Assembly: GCA_002790675.1 (NCBI GenBank)
Contig: PFVP01000032.1
Span: 1-32,698, forward strand
DNA length: 32,698 nucleotides
Origin: Candidatus Moranbacteria bacterium CG_4_9_14_3_um_filter_45_14
GTDB taxonomy: Bacteria > Patescibacteriota > Minisyncoccia > Moranbacterales > UBA1568
Direction of reading: 5' to 3'
Shown here: piece by piece, positions 7,223-17,415 of the stretch
Numbering within the stretch: position 1 is the first letter of the stretch
Layout of the letters: each line of letters starts with the position of its first letter
Notes under the pieces: generated by a model
What the model was told of the DNA's origin: nothing
Seen by the model: the letters and a program-made list of their open reading frames with translations, nothing else
Database searches by the model: none
Made by a program: the position numbers and the translations under genes

Positions 7223-7813
7223 ATGGAACAACAAGATCCTATATTCAAAGAATCTTCTGCTGATCAGGCGAAAGCCTGGGTTCAGGAAAATCTCCGTATT
7301 ATTGTGAGCGTATTCATTGTTGCGGCTATTGCCTTGGGTATCTACTCATATTCACAACGCACGCCGATAAGTTCTGATGACGACGCAAACATTCTTCTCG
7401 AAACAAAGGGAGGCGAAAATAGCGCCACTCAAGTCGAAGACAAGAAATCACAAGATGCAGTGAAGGCAGAAGTGAAAAATAACGTGATAGTAACCACAGA
7501 GCTGAGTCGTGAAACCGAAACTTCCTTCGTCGAACAAGCTGAACGTGGAAACGGAAAAACGCATTTGGCGCGCCGCGCACTCGCTCATTACCTCGAAAAA
7601 AATACTGACTCATCTTTGACCGCTGAACATAAGGTATATATCGAAGATTACCTCCAGAAAAATATCAGTTCTCAGGGTGCAGTAACGACGAAAACATCGA
7701 TTGAATTCTCGAAAGATCTTATCAAACAAGGCATTGAGAAATCGAAAACATTGAACGACAGACAGTTGCAAAATCTCAAGAAATACTCTGCGCGTGTCAG
7801 CGCTTATCGCTAA
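7223..7813 (+). CDS. hypothetical single-pass membrane protein
   Basis: ATG with an upstream SD; one TM helix (IIVSVFIVAAIALGIYSY); the rest is hydrophilic. No motif recognised. Confidence 0.6.
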   Translation: MEQQDPIFKESSADQAKAWVQENLRIIVSVFIVAAIALGIYSYSQRTPISSDDDANILLETKGGENSATQVEDKKSQDAVKAEVKNNVIVTTELSRETETSFVEQAERGNGKTHLARRALAHYLEKNTDSSLTAEHKVYIEDYLQKNISSQGAVTTKTSIEFSKDLIKQGIEKSKTLNDRQLQNLKKYSARVSAYR

Positions 7814-7860
7814 CACAAACCGAAACACGGAAGAACCGTTCTTTCATTGAAAAATCTCAT

Positions 7861-7884
7861 AAAACCCCGCAACGGCGGGGTTTT
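7861..7884. terminator. bidirectional intrinsic terminator
   Basis: Stem ccccgc/gcgggg (7865-7870 with 7875-7880), loop aacg, aaaa upstream and tttt downstream. It lies between convergent genes. Confidence 0.6.
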
Positions 7885-7899
7885 ATCGTTTTCAGAGAT

Positions 7900-8385
7900 T
7901 TATCCTCCATACAAGAACTGCATTTCTTCCCCGACACGGAGATTTTGCCCCTTGCCAGCACCAAGTTCGAGTACTGTATCGGCAAAAACCATTGGGTTCA
8001 AAATACCAGAAAATTCAGGATCCACATCGTGTTGTACAAAAACGATCCTGTTTTCAAGAAGCCAAATGATATCAATCGGGAAACGCATATCCTGCATCCA
8101 AAACGCATACTGTCCTCGAGTTTCGAATACGAATAACATTCCACAGGACTCACAGAGGGTGTCACGGCCACCAAGTCCCTTCTCGCGTCTCATCTCCGTA
8201 TCAGCAATTTCCAAAGAATAAACAACCTCTCCGATTTTCACCTTCTGCGATGAAGAAGAGTGTTTTGACTTGCCGATATCCAGAAAAAAGAATGCTCCCA
8301 AAGCAGAAAATACTATCAATATACCTACGGAGAAGAATCTCCCTGTCATAGATGATAGGAAAGGAGGTGTTATTTTCTCATTCAT
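7900..8385 (-). CDS. DUF192 (COG1430) family protein with N-terminal signal anchor
   Basis: Matches the DUF192 pattern: ADTEMRREKGLGGRDTL...GMLFVFETRGQYAFWMQDMRFPIDIIWL...VLELGAG. Confidence 0.75.
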   Translation of the reverse strand: MNEKITPPFLSSMTGRFFSVGILIVFSALGAFFFLDIGKSKHSSSSQKVKIGEVVYSLEIADTEMRREKGLGGRDTLCESCGMLFVFETRGQYAFWMQDMRFPIDIIWLLENRIVFVQHDVDPEFSGILNPMVFADTVLELGAGKGQNLRVGEEMQFLYGG

Positions 8386-8391
8386 ACGCTC

Positions 8392-9435
8392 TCATTCAAG
8401 TGTCGCTTGCTTGTTTTTCAGTCGTGTTTTCTGATCTACGAAGAGGAGTAAAGCGAAAATAATGCAGAACACCAAGAACACAGCAACAAATTTTCCCAAA
8501 GCCTGCGTATTCAAAGCAATGACGGCGATGAGAGCGGTCACAAGGAAAAAAAACCAAGCGATGCTTCGCTCAGACCAGCCAAGTTCTAAAAGCCTGAAAT
8601 GAAGATGGCGCTTATCCGGTTGAAACAGAGATGTTCCATCATTCAATCGTTGCCAAAGGACGAACAGCGCATCAGCGATAGGAAGCGATAGGACAAGAAA
8701 TGCGGTGGCGATTTTTGTGCCTGCGATAATCGCGAGTGTGGCGACAAGAAAACCCAAAAACATCGACCCAACCGTTCCCGCCAGAATACGTGCTGGGTAT
8801 ATGTTGAAAAAAAGGAATCCAATGACGACACCCATACCAATAATCGCAAGAATAGCGATAGGAGGCTGATAGACTTCTGGCTTCAAACTTAAGAAAAAAA
8901 TGGTCACGAAAGTAATAAGAGAAATTCCTCCACAGAGACCGTCGAGTCCGTCAAGCCAATTCATAGCATTCATCACCAGGAAAATCCACGCAAAGAGAAG
9001 AAAGAATCCTGACAATATGAATGTGTCCGGAACGATCCAGACGCCTCCGAAAGGATTAGGAAGAGAGCTGATGCGCATACCAAAAATAAAAATAAGTACG
9101 GTCAATACCACTTGAAAGAAAACTTGGATCTTCCAACCAAGTTCCTTCAAATCATCCCATAATCCGAAAATGAGGATGGATGCGCTCCCGAATAACAACC
9201 CATAAAATTCCCGCGTCAAAACAAGATGCGTATCGAAAAAGAGAGTAAATGAAAAAGCGATCAACATCGCCACGCCTCCCAAACGAGAAACAACCTTCTT
9301 ATAACCATGGCGCTTCTCTGTCCGCCAAACTGATCGCTTAAAAAGAGGCGTGAGAAGAAAAAGAAGGATGAGTCCTGTTGTCAGTGTGAATGCGATGATA
9401 AATGGGATGAGAAAAAGTTCTGTCCACATACACAT
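8392..9435 (-). CDS. polyprenyl-phosphate HexNAc-1-phosphate transferase (MraY/WecA superfamily; WecA/TagO-like)
   Basis: About 10 TM segments; GLWDDLKELG (DD motif); NAMNWLDGLDGLCGG; C-terminal PDKRHLHFRLLELG, which resembles the WecA HIHH-type motif rather than the MraY HHHFE motif. Confidence 0.8.
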   Translation of the reverse strand: MCMWTELFLIPFIIAFTLTTGLILLFLLTPLFKRSVWRTEKRHGYKKVVSRLGGVAMLIAFSFTLFFDTHLVLTREFYGLLFGSASILIFGLWDDLKELGWKIQVFFQVVLTVLIFIFGMRISSLPNPFGGVWIVPDTFILSGFFLLFAWIFLVMNAMNWLDGLDGLCGGISLITFVTIFFLSLKPEVYQPPIAILAIIGMGVVIGFLFFNIYPARILAGTVGSMFLGFLVATLAIIAGTKIATAFLVLSLPIADALFVLWQRLNDGTSLFQPDKRHLHFRLLELGWSERSIAWFFFLVTALIAVIALNTQALGKFVAVFLVFCIIFALLLFVDQKTRLKNKQATLE

Positions 9436-9444
9436 CAGAAGAAA

Positions 9445-9852
9445 TCAATAATTAATATATGCAACGCTGGCACTCGCCAGTACAATGCCGATACTGAGCA
9501 ATCCTGAACTGAAAAGCATCAAATACGAAGCGATGCGCAGAGATCTGTCATAGAAACGGCGCGCGAAGAAGGTATGCCCACCCAAAAAGAATAGTCCTGC
9601 TATCGGTAGAATGAATACTTGCCACCAGATACCCTGAATATCCACTCCGAAATACACATTATAATGAAGCACGATGATATTTTCAGTCGGCCTGATGAAA
9701 TATCCAAGCAATCCAAAACTTACCAGACAAAAGAAAACGTTCACGCCAAGAAGTGTTCGGACAATCATATTGTCAAAGAAAGATACGCCCCCTTCTGATT
9801 GGGCGATAGTGACATCCCAATTCACCCTCTGTATGTCTTTTGTATCCGTCAT
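9445..9852 (-). CDS. hypothetical integral membrane protein (3-4 TM)
   Basis: ATG start, tightly packed in the operon (a 9-nt gap to the transferase and a 6-nt gap to rmuC). Hydrophobic segments are present. No motif recognised. Confidence 0.55.
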   Translation of the reverse strand: MTDTKDIQRVNWDVTIAQSEGGVSFFDNMIVRTLLGVNVFFCLVSFGLLGYFIRPTENIIVLHYNVYFGVDIQGIWWQVFILPIAGLFFLGGHTFFARRFYDRSLRIASYLMLFSSGLLSIGIVLASASVAYINY

Positions 9853-9858
9853 ATATCG

Positions 9859-10944
9859 TTACTCAGAAGAAGAATCCTTCTCCAAAGGAGCAGGCAGAGA
9901 TTCGGGAGTTTCGTGTTCTACTCCGAGACGCGCATGTTCGAGCTGATTGGTCACTTTAAATAAACGCTTTTCTGCTTCATCATATTTCTTATGAGCGTTA
10001 CCGATATGGCTTCCGAGTATATCGAACTCCTGTTCGAACTTTTCGTGTTCACGAGCCAGTTTCTCTAATTGTCCCATAATTTCTTTCGCCCGCTTCTCGA
10101 TCTGTAATCCCTGCAATCCGAAGAGAATCGTTCTCATATATGCGTAGAAAGAATTCGGCGATACTGGCATAATACGCTTCTGCGTCAGATAATCGAGCAA
10201 GCCTTGTTCATCATCGTCCTTGATAATAATCTCATAATAGACATTCTCAGCGGGAATATACATAAGCGCGAAATCAAGCGTCCCTTCTTCGGGAACGATG
10301 TATTTGTTGGCGATAGCATCGATATGTTTTTTCACATCAGTATAGAATTGTTTCCGTGCCATGCGTTTCTCGTCATCAGTCTTGGCGGTAAGGATCTTCT
10401 TGAAGTTTTCCAAAGGAAATTTCGAATCAACACTCACCATACCTCCTTTCAGCTTGATGATAGCATCTACGGCTTCACCGCTCTTGAACATATATTGCAA
10501 AGCGAAGTTCTCTTTAGGCAACATTTGCGAGAGCAGATCCTGGAGCATCAGTTCGCCGAAACCACCACGGATTTTTGGAGCCTTCAAAATTTCCTGAAGC
10601 GATGCGACTTCTTTACCGACTTCAAGTATTTTTTCACTTGAATGACGCATCTGCTCCAACCCTTTCTGCACATCCGCGTATGATCGGGCAGCCGTATCGA
10701 GACGGTCATCGAGACGCTTGCCGTTATCCGCTAGACGGCTATCCAAAGTATGCTGGAAATTCGCAAGTTGCTGATTGAAAGCATTGACTACCGAGTGAAG
10801 TTCCGTATCGAAACGCCGATTTATATTTTCCATTTCTATCTTGGCCGTCTCTCCGGACGATTCCCGTCCACGCAAAGAAAAAACCAGCCACAAGACGAGA
10901 CTGGCTACCAAAAACAGAAGAATGATCATTATCCACGAAGTCAT
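9859..10944 (-). CDS. rmuC: DNA recombination protein RmuC
   Basis: N-terminal TM helix plus coiled coil, then the RmuC core: RGGFGELMLQDLL, VDSKFPLENF, ALMYIPAENVYY and MPVSPNSFYAYMRTI. Confidence 0.85.
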   Translation of the reverse strand: MTSWIMIILLFLVASLVLWLVFSLRGRESSGETAKIEMENINRRFDTELHSVVNAFNQQLANFQHTLDSRLADNGKRLDDRLDTAARSYADVQKGLEQMRHSSEKILEVGKEVASLQEILKAPKIRGGFGELMLQDLLSQMLPKENFALQYMFKSGEAVDAIIKLKGGMVSVDSKFPLENFKKILTAKTDDEKRMARKQFYTDVKKHIDAIANKYIVPEEGTLDFALMYIPAENVYYEIIIKDDDEQGLLDYLTQKRIMPVSPNSFYAYMRTILFGLQGLQIEKRAKEIMGQLEKLAREHEKFEQEFDILGSHIGNAHKKYDEAEKRLFKVTNQLEHARLGVEHETPESLPAPLEKDSSSE

Positions 10945-10967
10945 AGGCTTTTTCTTGTTACAAACGA

Positions 10968-11573
10968 CTACTTCTTCAACCCGGAAATGAAACGTTTGAG
11001 TTCGGGCACCTTATTCGATACTTCTTCGTATGGTCCTTCAAGAAATTCTATGAAAAAGCGATCAAGCATATTCAAACGATAGTGCAATTCTTCGCTGTTC
11101 ATCAGCACGAAACGGATCTCTTTTCCCACTTCCGCTTCCAAAAGCGTGATAGCACGCTTGAGTTTGGTCCGATTGAGGTTATTCACGACAAGGATCATAT
11201 CCACTTTACCCTTCGCATAGTTGATGAACAACCCGCTGATAAGAATCAATTTCACTTCCCCGATCACCTTCACCTTACGGAACACCTGCGATTGCGCGTG
11301 AACATTGAGTTTTGAAACAAGACTTTTCAACTCTGTATGAAAAGGAAAGTCTTCATTCACAGCAAACAGCCTTCTCCCTTTACGGGAATGTTCGACAACA
11401 AATCTCATTTTGGCAAGACGAGCAAGTTCGCGTGTTGTTTCTACTTTTGAAATAAGCGTCTTTTCAGCAATAGTTGCTGTTCCAAACTCCATCCCGGGAT
11501 TGAGAAGAAAAAAACGGATGAGACGGGCACGCGCTTTCGATCCAAACAAAGAATCAAAGAGAACCAAGGACAT
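10968..11573 (-). CDS. winged-helix (ArsR/MarR-like) DNA-binding protein with uncharacterised C-terminal domain
   Basis: SLFGSKARARLIRFFLLNPGMEFGTATIAEKTLISKVETTRELARLAKMRFV resembles a wHTH. I moved the start to the ATG at 11573 because the first 57 track codons derive from a poly-T/low-complexity stretch. The start remains uncertain. Confidence 0.55.
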   Translation of the reverse strand: MSLVLFDSLFGSKARARLIRFFLLNPGMEFGTATIAEKTLISKVETTRELARLAKMRFVVEHSRKGRRLFAVNEDFPFHTELKSLVSKLNVHAQSQVFRKVKVIGEVKLILISGLFINYAKGKVDMILVVNNLNRTKLKRAITLLEAEVGKEIRFVLMNSEELHYRLNMLDRFFIEFLEGPYEEVSNKVPELKRFISGLKK

Positions 11574-11852
11574 AGGATTACAATCGTTACAAAATACACT
11601 GACAGTGAAGACATTCTCTCCTTTCTCAAGTATAGGAAAAAAGAAAAAAAAAGTCAAAAACGCTCTCTCAGACATTCTCATACAAGACACCACCAGGTTC
11701 CGAAAATGGAGCTTTTTAGCCGTAGATGTGGTATAATAAAGCATATCAACCTTTTGATGTTGCTTCTTCTCTCAAAAAGGCGAGGCAACGGTATACATTC
11801 ATCCCTCTCACCCTTTTGTTTGTCGGTGGACAGAGTTTGGTAATAAAAAAAT

Positions 11853-14351
11853 ATGTTGGATAAAAAACGCCAAGAAAAAATCAAAGGGCTTGTCGAATTG
11901 GAAAAAGTCATAACAGAAATTCTTGTGGCGAATGGACGTACTGTAGAGCCATTCATCAAGGTCTTCAATTACAGTGATGAAAATATCACCAAAAGTCCGC
12001 TCGGGTCTCTGATCGGTGTTTTTGAAATTGCAGAGCAGAGCGAAGATTCAGCTTATATCGTCAACTTCCTGGCATCCGTTGCGAAAAAAGAATACTTCAG
12101 CAACGGACGCCGTGGTGCTATCGAAAGTTTCGAAGCGGCTCTGCATAAAATCAACCTCGCCCTTGCGGAACTTGTCAGGCACGGCAATATCGCATGGCTG
12201 GGTAACTTCCACGGAGCACTCGGCGTGCTGGAGAAAAACAATCTCCATTTCTCTATCACCGGCAAATCGGAAATTCTTCTCTTGCGCGGTGAAAAAATCT
12301 CAGAAATCAGTGCTGGCCTGGCCTCCCCTGAATCCAACATCCACCCCATCAAAACATTCGTTGAGATTTCAAGCGGTCACCTGATGCTGGAAGATAAAAT
12401 CATTTTCACTTCACCAGAACTTCTCGACCTGCTCTCAATTGAAGACCTCAAAAAAAACGCTCTCCGTATGGATAAGGATCAATTCGCTCAATTCCTCCGG
12501 ACAGTCCTTGTGAATGAACTCAATATGGGAGGCTCTCTTATCGTCGATCTCAAAGAAAGTACTCCTCTGCCGGAGCCACGCAAGGAGACGAGGAAAGTTA
12601 CTACTGTCATCGAGAATATCTTCAGCAAAGAAGCTTTCGATTCACAGATCAAACCAAAGGAAAATACGGATCAACTGCCGGAGAAAGAGGAGAAATATTC
12701 GAACCCGAAGGAATATGTCGATTCCAAAACCGGACATATTTTCATCCAAGGAGAGACATCGGGAGAGGCGCCCGAACACCTTATTTTTGAACGAGCGAAA
12801 CTTTCAGCTCAGGACTTGCTCCATATCTTCAGCTCATTTTTTGCATCCCAGGGAAAACTCATCCGTAAAGGAAAAAAGTATGGTCTGCTCCTTTCTAATA
12901 CTCTGGCGGAAAAGAATGCCGTCATAACGCACAAAATGACACGCTTCCTCCGTAAGCAATGGCAGAAAGGAATGACTGCATCAACATCGGGGGTTTCTTC
13001 TTTGATCCTTTCTCTTCGCTCGGTGAAAATATCACAGAAGGCCAAAAAGAAAGTCCTCCCAGATACGATTACGACATCTTCATACGAAGAAACTCTGAAA
13101 TCCCGATTGACATTCACAGAGAAGAGAGCGGAAGATATTTCTTCTCTCGTAGAAGAGAAGAATGAAGATATACCGGATTTTATGAAAGAAAAGCTCGCTC
13201 GTTTCTATCGAGAGAATACCGCTGTCGTAACACAGATTGCCACCGAAACCTATTCTGCCAAGAAATTTCAGACGGAAAAATCCAACATATCCGTTCTTGT
13301 CCGAAAAATATTTCAAAGAATACCCTCTTCCTCTCATATGATTTGGAACAGTATCTCATCTCAAGCGAAAACCGTCATCAAGTCATTCTTTCCCTTCTTG
13401 AGAACGCTCTCTTCACGCTATCAAAAACGCACGTTCATCTTCAGCATCCTCTTTGTTGTTCTTTTCATCACAGGATCCGTTCTGTTGACACGCTCATTTT
13501 TGAAAAATACTCCTTCTCCACTGGCAGAAATATCCCAACCTCCGATTGAAACGTCCGTCTTTCCTCTTGAGACCGAAAAAAATGCCCACGTATTGGAAAC
13601 ATCCCCTCTTATCATCGCTACCGAACAAGATCCTCTCATCGCTTCCATACTTCTTGGCAATGAGACATACCTCATCACCACTACCTCTATTCAAAACACA
13701 AACGATAACAAACGCTATCCGTTACCATCTGGAGCTGGAGCGATACAGTTCGCCTCTCCGATGGATGATTTGCGTCTCATCTTCGTCTATACCAATACGA
13801 ACGAGCTCTTCTCATTCGCTCCTGTCAATCATACATTCACAAAAAATACCCTCACACTACCCGCAAACGCCCTCGTGGAAGATATAGGCACGTATCTCAC
13901 CTATCTCTATGTCCTCGATAGCGCTACTGATCAGATTTATCGCTTTCCACGGGCAGAAGGCGGATTTGGAGCAGGGTCAACTTGGTTCAGAAACACGATA
14001 GATATAGAAGACACGGCTCAAATGGCCATCAATGAAACTATCTTCATCGCTCCGAACAAGGCGACTGTCTCGGCATTCTTCCGTGGCCAGTTCGTAAAGA
14101 ATCTCGAATCTCCCGTTACACCGCTTTCTCTGACAAGCCTCTTCACTCACCCAGGACTCACAGATATCTACGCTCTCGATGCAGAGAATAAACGTGTCCT
14201 CATCTGGAACCAAGACAGTACTCTCTTGGCTCAATACTTCTCCGAACAATTCGCTTCCGCCGAAAGCATCACTGTGAACGAAAAAACGGGCGAATTTTTC
14301 CTGACAACTTCAAATACTCTTCTTTCTTTTAAAATCAATCTCGGGGAGTAA
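11853..14351 (+). CDS. 832-aa bitopic membrane protein: cytoplasmic N-domain (possibly a degenerate PP2C/SpoIIE-like fold), one TM, extracytoplasmic repeat (beta-propeller-like) domain
   Basis: A single strong TM helix (TFIFSILFVVLFITGSVLL) lies near residue 530. The C-terminal region carries recurring Y-x-L-D-x(4-5)-I-Y/W motifs (YLYVLDSATDQIYRF, DIYALDAENKRVLIWN). The N-domain assignment is a weak pattern impression only. Confidence 0.6.
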   Translation: MLDKKRQEKIKGLVELEKVITEILVANGRTVEPFIKVFNYSDENITKSPLGSLIGVFEIAEQSEDSAYIVNFLASVAKKEYFSNGRRGAIESFEAALHKINLALAELVRHGNIAWLGNFHGALGVLEKNNLHFSITGKSEILLLRGEKISEISAGLASPESNIHPIKTFVEISSGHLMLEDKIIFTSPELLDLLSIEDLKKNALRMDKDQFAQFLRTVLVNELNMGGSLIVDLKESTPLPEPRKETRKVTTVIENIFSKEAFDSQIKPKENTDQLPEKEEKYSNPKEYVDSKTGHIFIQGETSGEAPEHLIFERAKLSAQDLLHIFSSFFASQGKLIRKGKKYGLLLSNTLAEKNAVITHKMTRFLRKQWQKGMTASTSGVSSLILSLRSVKISQKAKKKVLPDTITTSSYEETLKSRLTFTEKRAEDISSLVEEKNEDIPDFMKEKLARFYRENTAVVTQIATETYSAKKFQTEKSNISVLVRKIFQRIPSSSHMIWNSISSQAKTVIKSFFPFLRTLSSRYQKRTFIFSILFVVLFITGSVLLTRSFLKNTPSPLAEISQPPIETSVFPLETEKNAHVLETSPLIIATEQDPLIASILLGNETYLITTTSIQNTNDNKRYPLPSGAGAIQFASPMDDLRLIFVYTNTNELFSFAPVNHTFTKNTLTLPANALVEDIGTYLTYLYVLDSATDQIYRFPRAEGGFGAGSTWFRNTIDIEDTAQMAINETIFIAPNKATVSAFFRGQFVKNLESPVTPLSLTSLFTHPGLTDIYALDAENKRVLIWNQDSTLLAQYFSEQFASAESITVNEKTGEFFLTTSNTLLSFKINLGE

Positions 14352-14365
14352 AACAATAAATAAAG

Positions 14366-14391
14366 GAGCCTCCTAAAAAGAGGCTCTTTTT
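14366..14391. terminator. intrinsic terminator between convergent 832-aa and 830-aa genes
   Basis: Stem gagcctc/gaggctc (14366-14372 with 14380-14386), loop ctaaaaa, then ttttt. An A-rich stretch lies upstream. Confidence 0.6.
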
Positions 14392-14436
14392 CCCATTTAT
14401 CCCTCCTATCAAACGAGTAGGAATTTTCGGTTTTCT

Positions 14437-16929
14437 CTATACAGGCTTCTCGGCCAATTTCATCCGGCTCATAATTTCACGATTGACGATTGAGGCATCA
14501 CGACCATAACGGAGGCGTGAGAGCTCTTTGAATGCATTGGCTACTTCCTGATTACCATGTGTCGGTGGGTACGTCTTCATATTGAACGGCTTGGTAAGCT
14601 CATTGTTCATCAGGAGTCTCGCGAAACAATTGCGGTTATCCGCGTTTATCAGATCGCGTGCGGTAAACACTGGCAAAAACTGTTTTTCCAAAAATTCAGC
14701 ATCCTCAGAACCGACACGGAAAGACACCAATGATCCGACGTTACCGAATACCGCCTTGGCGATATCTTCTTTCAGTTGGGCGATAAATTGATGTGCCATC
14801 GTGAGTACCAACCGATACTTTCGGGCTTCTGAGAGAATCTGCGCGATAGAATTCGTTGTAACGTTTTGGAACTCATCCATATAGAGGTAGAAATCCGTCC
14901 GTTCATCTTCCGGCGTATCCACTCGAGAAAGAGCTGCCATCAGAATCTTCCCGACGATAACCATACCGAGTAATCGTGCGTTGATCTCACCGATCTTGCC
15001 TTTTGAAAGATTGACGAGAAGAATTTTCTTCCCATCCATAATGGCGCGGAAATCAAGCGTACTCTTCTGCTGAGCGATGATCGGACGCATCATATCGTTC
15101 GAGATGAACGTGGTAAGTTTGGAGGTAATATACGGCACCATATTGGCCAAAGCAGCTTCGCCACCGGCCTTCTCTGCTTCTTTCGTCCAAAAATCATAGG
15201 CGATTGGGTTGTTGCATTTGGAAAGTTTATATTTTCGGAAATCTTCGTCTGCCAGTACTTTGGAAATCTCCATCAAAGTCGATCCACTCTCTGGGTCTTC
15301 CATAATGAGAAGCATCGCATTGCGCATATATTGCTCGAACATCGGACCTCCAGTCGCTTTCAAATCATAAAGTTGATCAAAAATACCGATCATTTCATTG
15401 ATGACGAATGTCTTCTGCTCTGGATGAGCCGGATCGTACTCGAGCATATTGAGCCCGATTGGCCGTTCGGTATCTGATGGATCAAACAAAATGACATCTT
15501 CTGCACGTTCTTTCGGAATAGACGCCAAAATATCTTCGATGGCATCACCGTGCGGATCGATGAAACAAAGACCCTTACCAGCCAATACGTCTTTCTTGGC
15601 CATTTCTTGTAAATAAACAGATTTACCGACACCAGTCTGACCGATGACGTACATATGACGACGACGATCATTATCAGTGATACGGATATCCGTCTTTATA
15701 CCACGATAATCGTTGAAGCCAAGCAGAAGACCATCCTGTGGAATGTTGACTGGTGGTGGAGCTGTTCCGGATTTCAGCCACTTGATTTTCGGCGTAGCAG
15801 TAGTAGAAATCGGAAAATGGAAAATACTCGCCAGCTCTTCCACCGTAAGAATCATCTGCGTTTCATCATCGAAATTACGGAAGATGAAATCATACACGGA
15901 TCGTTTCTCACTGATGCGTTTTTTGATACGAAAGCTGTTCACTTCCGGATTTTCAAACTGCCCGAAAGCATTTTCCATATGACCCAAAATTTCTTCCGCC
16001 CGTTCCTGTGTCGCTCCCGATGCAATCAAACGTATATTGCTACGGAAAGCTCCTTTGTTGGTTTTTTCATCAATGGATTTCACAAGTTCCTGCTCCTCGG
16101 GAGTCAAACTTACTTGCTTCTTCTCCTCCTTGATACGCTCTCTATGCTTTGGGTTCTTCAAAATATCAAGTATCTCTCTCCCTACGGTAGAGGAAGTTTC
16201 ATAAAAAATCGAATTGCTTCTCGCGTCTTTCAGACGCTTTCCTTCCTGCATTTTCTGAGCGATTTTCTTCCCATCCTTACGCCAACTCATATTTGTCCGA
16301 GCAAGCAAAATTTGGATAGCTGCTCCTTCTTCAATAGTATTTAATTTACTCAAAGCATTCGATATCTCGTTCAATGGATCAACATCTACTGTACGATATG
16401 TACGCAGTGGCAGGGAATGCCCATGCGTCAATTCCAACACCGATACAGCCGTATGGCTCTCTGGAGAGAAAATGGTGTAATCAGAGACTTTCTCGATCAC
16501 TGCATGAGGGAAAAAACTGTGTACCTGTTTTTCCGCATTTTCACGGAAACGCTTCGGCACGGAAAGATAGAAGAATATCTCTTCACTCGAAGATGGATTG
16601 GCGATTTCGAAAACGATGGTAGGCATATCAAAAAAAAGACTCTTCAAAAAACCACCTTTCGATTTGAGGGTCGTGAGAGATGAGAGCAATTGTTCCATTG
16701 CTAATATTTCTTCTTTCCACGCTTCCGCACTCGATTGTTGTTGTCTTCCTTCGGGAATGTCTTTCTGTGTCACACGAATCATTTCTAGATCCATATTCAC
16801 AGACTGATTGACCTGATAGCGGAAACGGAGAAAACTCCGTACAACAAGGTATATCCCACTCACGACCGATACCGATGCGAATATCCAGATGAGTGATACG
16901 AAAATGGTATTGAAATCAAAGCCTGTCAT
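14437..16929 (-). CDS. membrane-anchored P-loop NTPase of the FtsK/HerA-VirB4/VirD4 (T4SS coupling-protein-like, AAA_10/DUF87 + TraG-D_C-type) group
   Basis: N-terminal TM helix (IFVSLIWIFASVSVVSGIYLVV) followed by a ~400-aa domain of unknown function. Walker A is VIGQTGVGKSVYL, then CFIDPHGD. Walker B is FYLYMDEFQN. The ARKYRLVLTMAHQFIAQL motif is typical of the TraG/TraD C-terminal region. Confidence 0.75.
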   Translation of the reverse strand: MTGFDFNTIFVSLIWIFASVSVVSGIYLVVRSFLRFRYQVNQSVNMDLEMIRVTQKDIPEGRQQQSSAEAWKEEILAMEQLLSSLTTLKSKGGFLKSLFFDMPTIVFEIANPSSSEEIFFYLSVPKRFRENAEKQVHSFFPHAVIEKVSDYTIFSPESHTAVSVLELTHGHSLPLRTYRTVDVDPLNEISNALSKLNTIEEGAAIQILLARTNMSWRKDGKKIAQKMQEGKRLKDARSNSIFYETSSTVGREILDILKNPKHRERIKEEKKQVSLTPEEQELVKSIDEKTNKGAFRSNIRLIASGATQERAEEILGHMENAFGQFENPEVNSFRIKKRISEKRSVYDFIFRNFDDETQMILTVEELASIFHFPISTTATPKIKWLKSGTAPPPVNIPQDGLLLGFNDYRGIKTDIRITDNDRRRHMYVIGQTGVGKSVYLQEMAKKDVLAGKGLCFIDPHGDAIEDILASIPKERAEDVILFDPSDTERPIGLNMLEYDPAHPEQKTFVINEMIGIFDQLYDLKATGGPMFEQYMRNAMLLIMEDPESGSTLMEISKVLADEDFRKYKLSKCNNPIAYDFWTKEAEKAGGEAALANMVPYITSKLTTFISNDMMRPIIAQQKSTLDFRAIMDGKKILLVNLSKGKIGEINARLLGMVIVGKILMAALSRVDTPEDERTDFYLYMDEFQNVTTNSIAQILSEARKYRLVLTMAHQFIAQLKEDIAKAVFGNVGSLVSFRVGSEDAEFLEKQFLPVFTARDLINADNRNCFARLLMNNELTKPFNMKTYPPTHGNQEVANAFKELSRLRYGRDASIVNREIMSRMKLAEKPV

Positions 16930-16971
16930 TTTTTTATTGATATCGGGTATTTTATTTTTCTCTCAGAAACA

Positions 16972-17397
16972 TCAGTCTTTTCGGATAAGGCCTTTCGCCA
17001 AAAGTCCATCGTACAATTTGTCCACCAACTCATCATGCATCCTATCAAGCGCATAGTAGTCCTGCAAAGAACGAGCGACTTTTACTGCATAAGCAACGCC
17101 TTTGACTTCAGCCAGATCAACGAGTTTCTGAATCTTGCTTTCTTCGTCTACGGTGGCGCTGATATTCTTCGCATCGAGAAGATGATCATCGGAAGGCTGG
17201 TTCGCTCCTGTCGCTTGAGGAGTCACTTTCGAAAGAATCTCGTTGTATTTTCCTTCGATGCGTTCAGTCGCTCCTTCAACCTTCGATTCCGGTTCTACGG
17301 AGAATCCTCTCGCTCCATCGTTTCCGTCTTGTTTTTCAGAAAACTTTTCCTGCAGAACATTCCCGCCTTCCATTCCTAAGATTTTCTCATCTGCCAT
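16972..17397 (-). CDS. hypothetical protein (141 aa), operon member
   Basis: ATG start, 42 nt upstream of the ATPase gene. The N-terminal half looks acidic and disordered, the C-terminal ~60 aa helical. No motif recognised. Confidence 0.5.
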   Translation of the reverse strand: MADEKILGMEGGNVLQEKFSEKQDGNDGARGFSVEPESKVEGATERIEGKYNEILSKVTPQATGANQPSDDHLLDAKNISATVDEESKIQKLVDLAEVKGVAYAVKVARSLQDYYALDRMHDELVDKLYDGLLAKGLIRKD

Positions 17398-17415
17398 AAT
17401 GTTGAAAATAATTGA

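Noticed and set aside
11574-11744. 57-codon N-terminal extension of the wHTH protein in the ORF track
   Set aside because: It is translated from a poly-A/T tract and low-complexity sequence (FLTFFFFFPILEK). The conserved wHTH begins right after the internal ATG at 11573. It is retained only as an alternative start.
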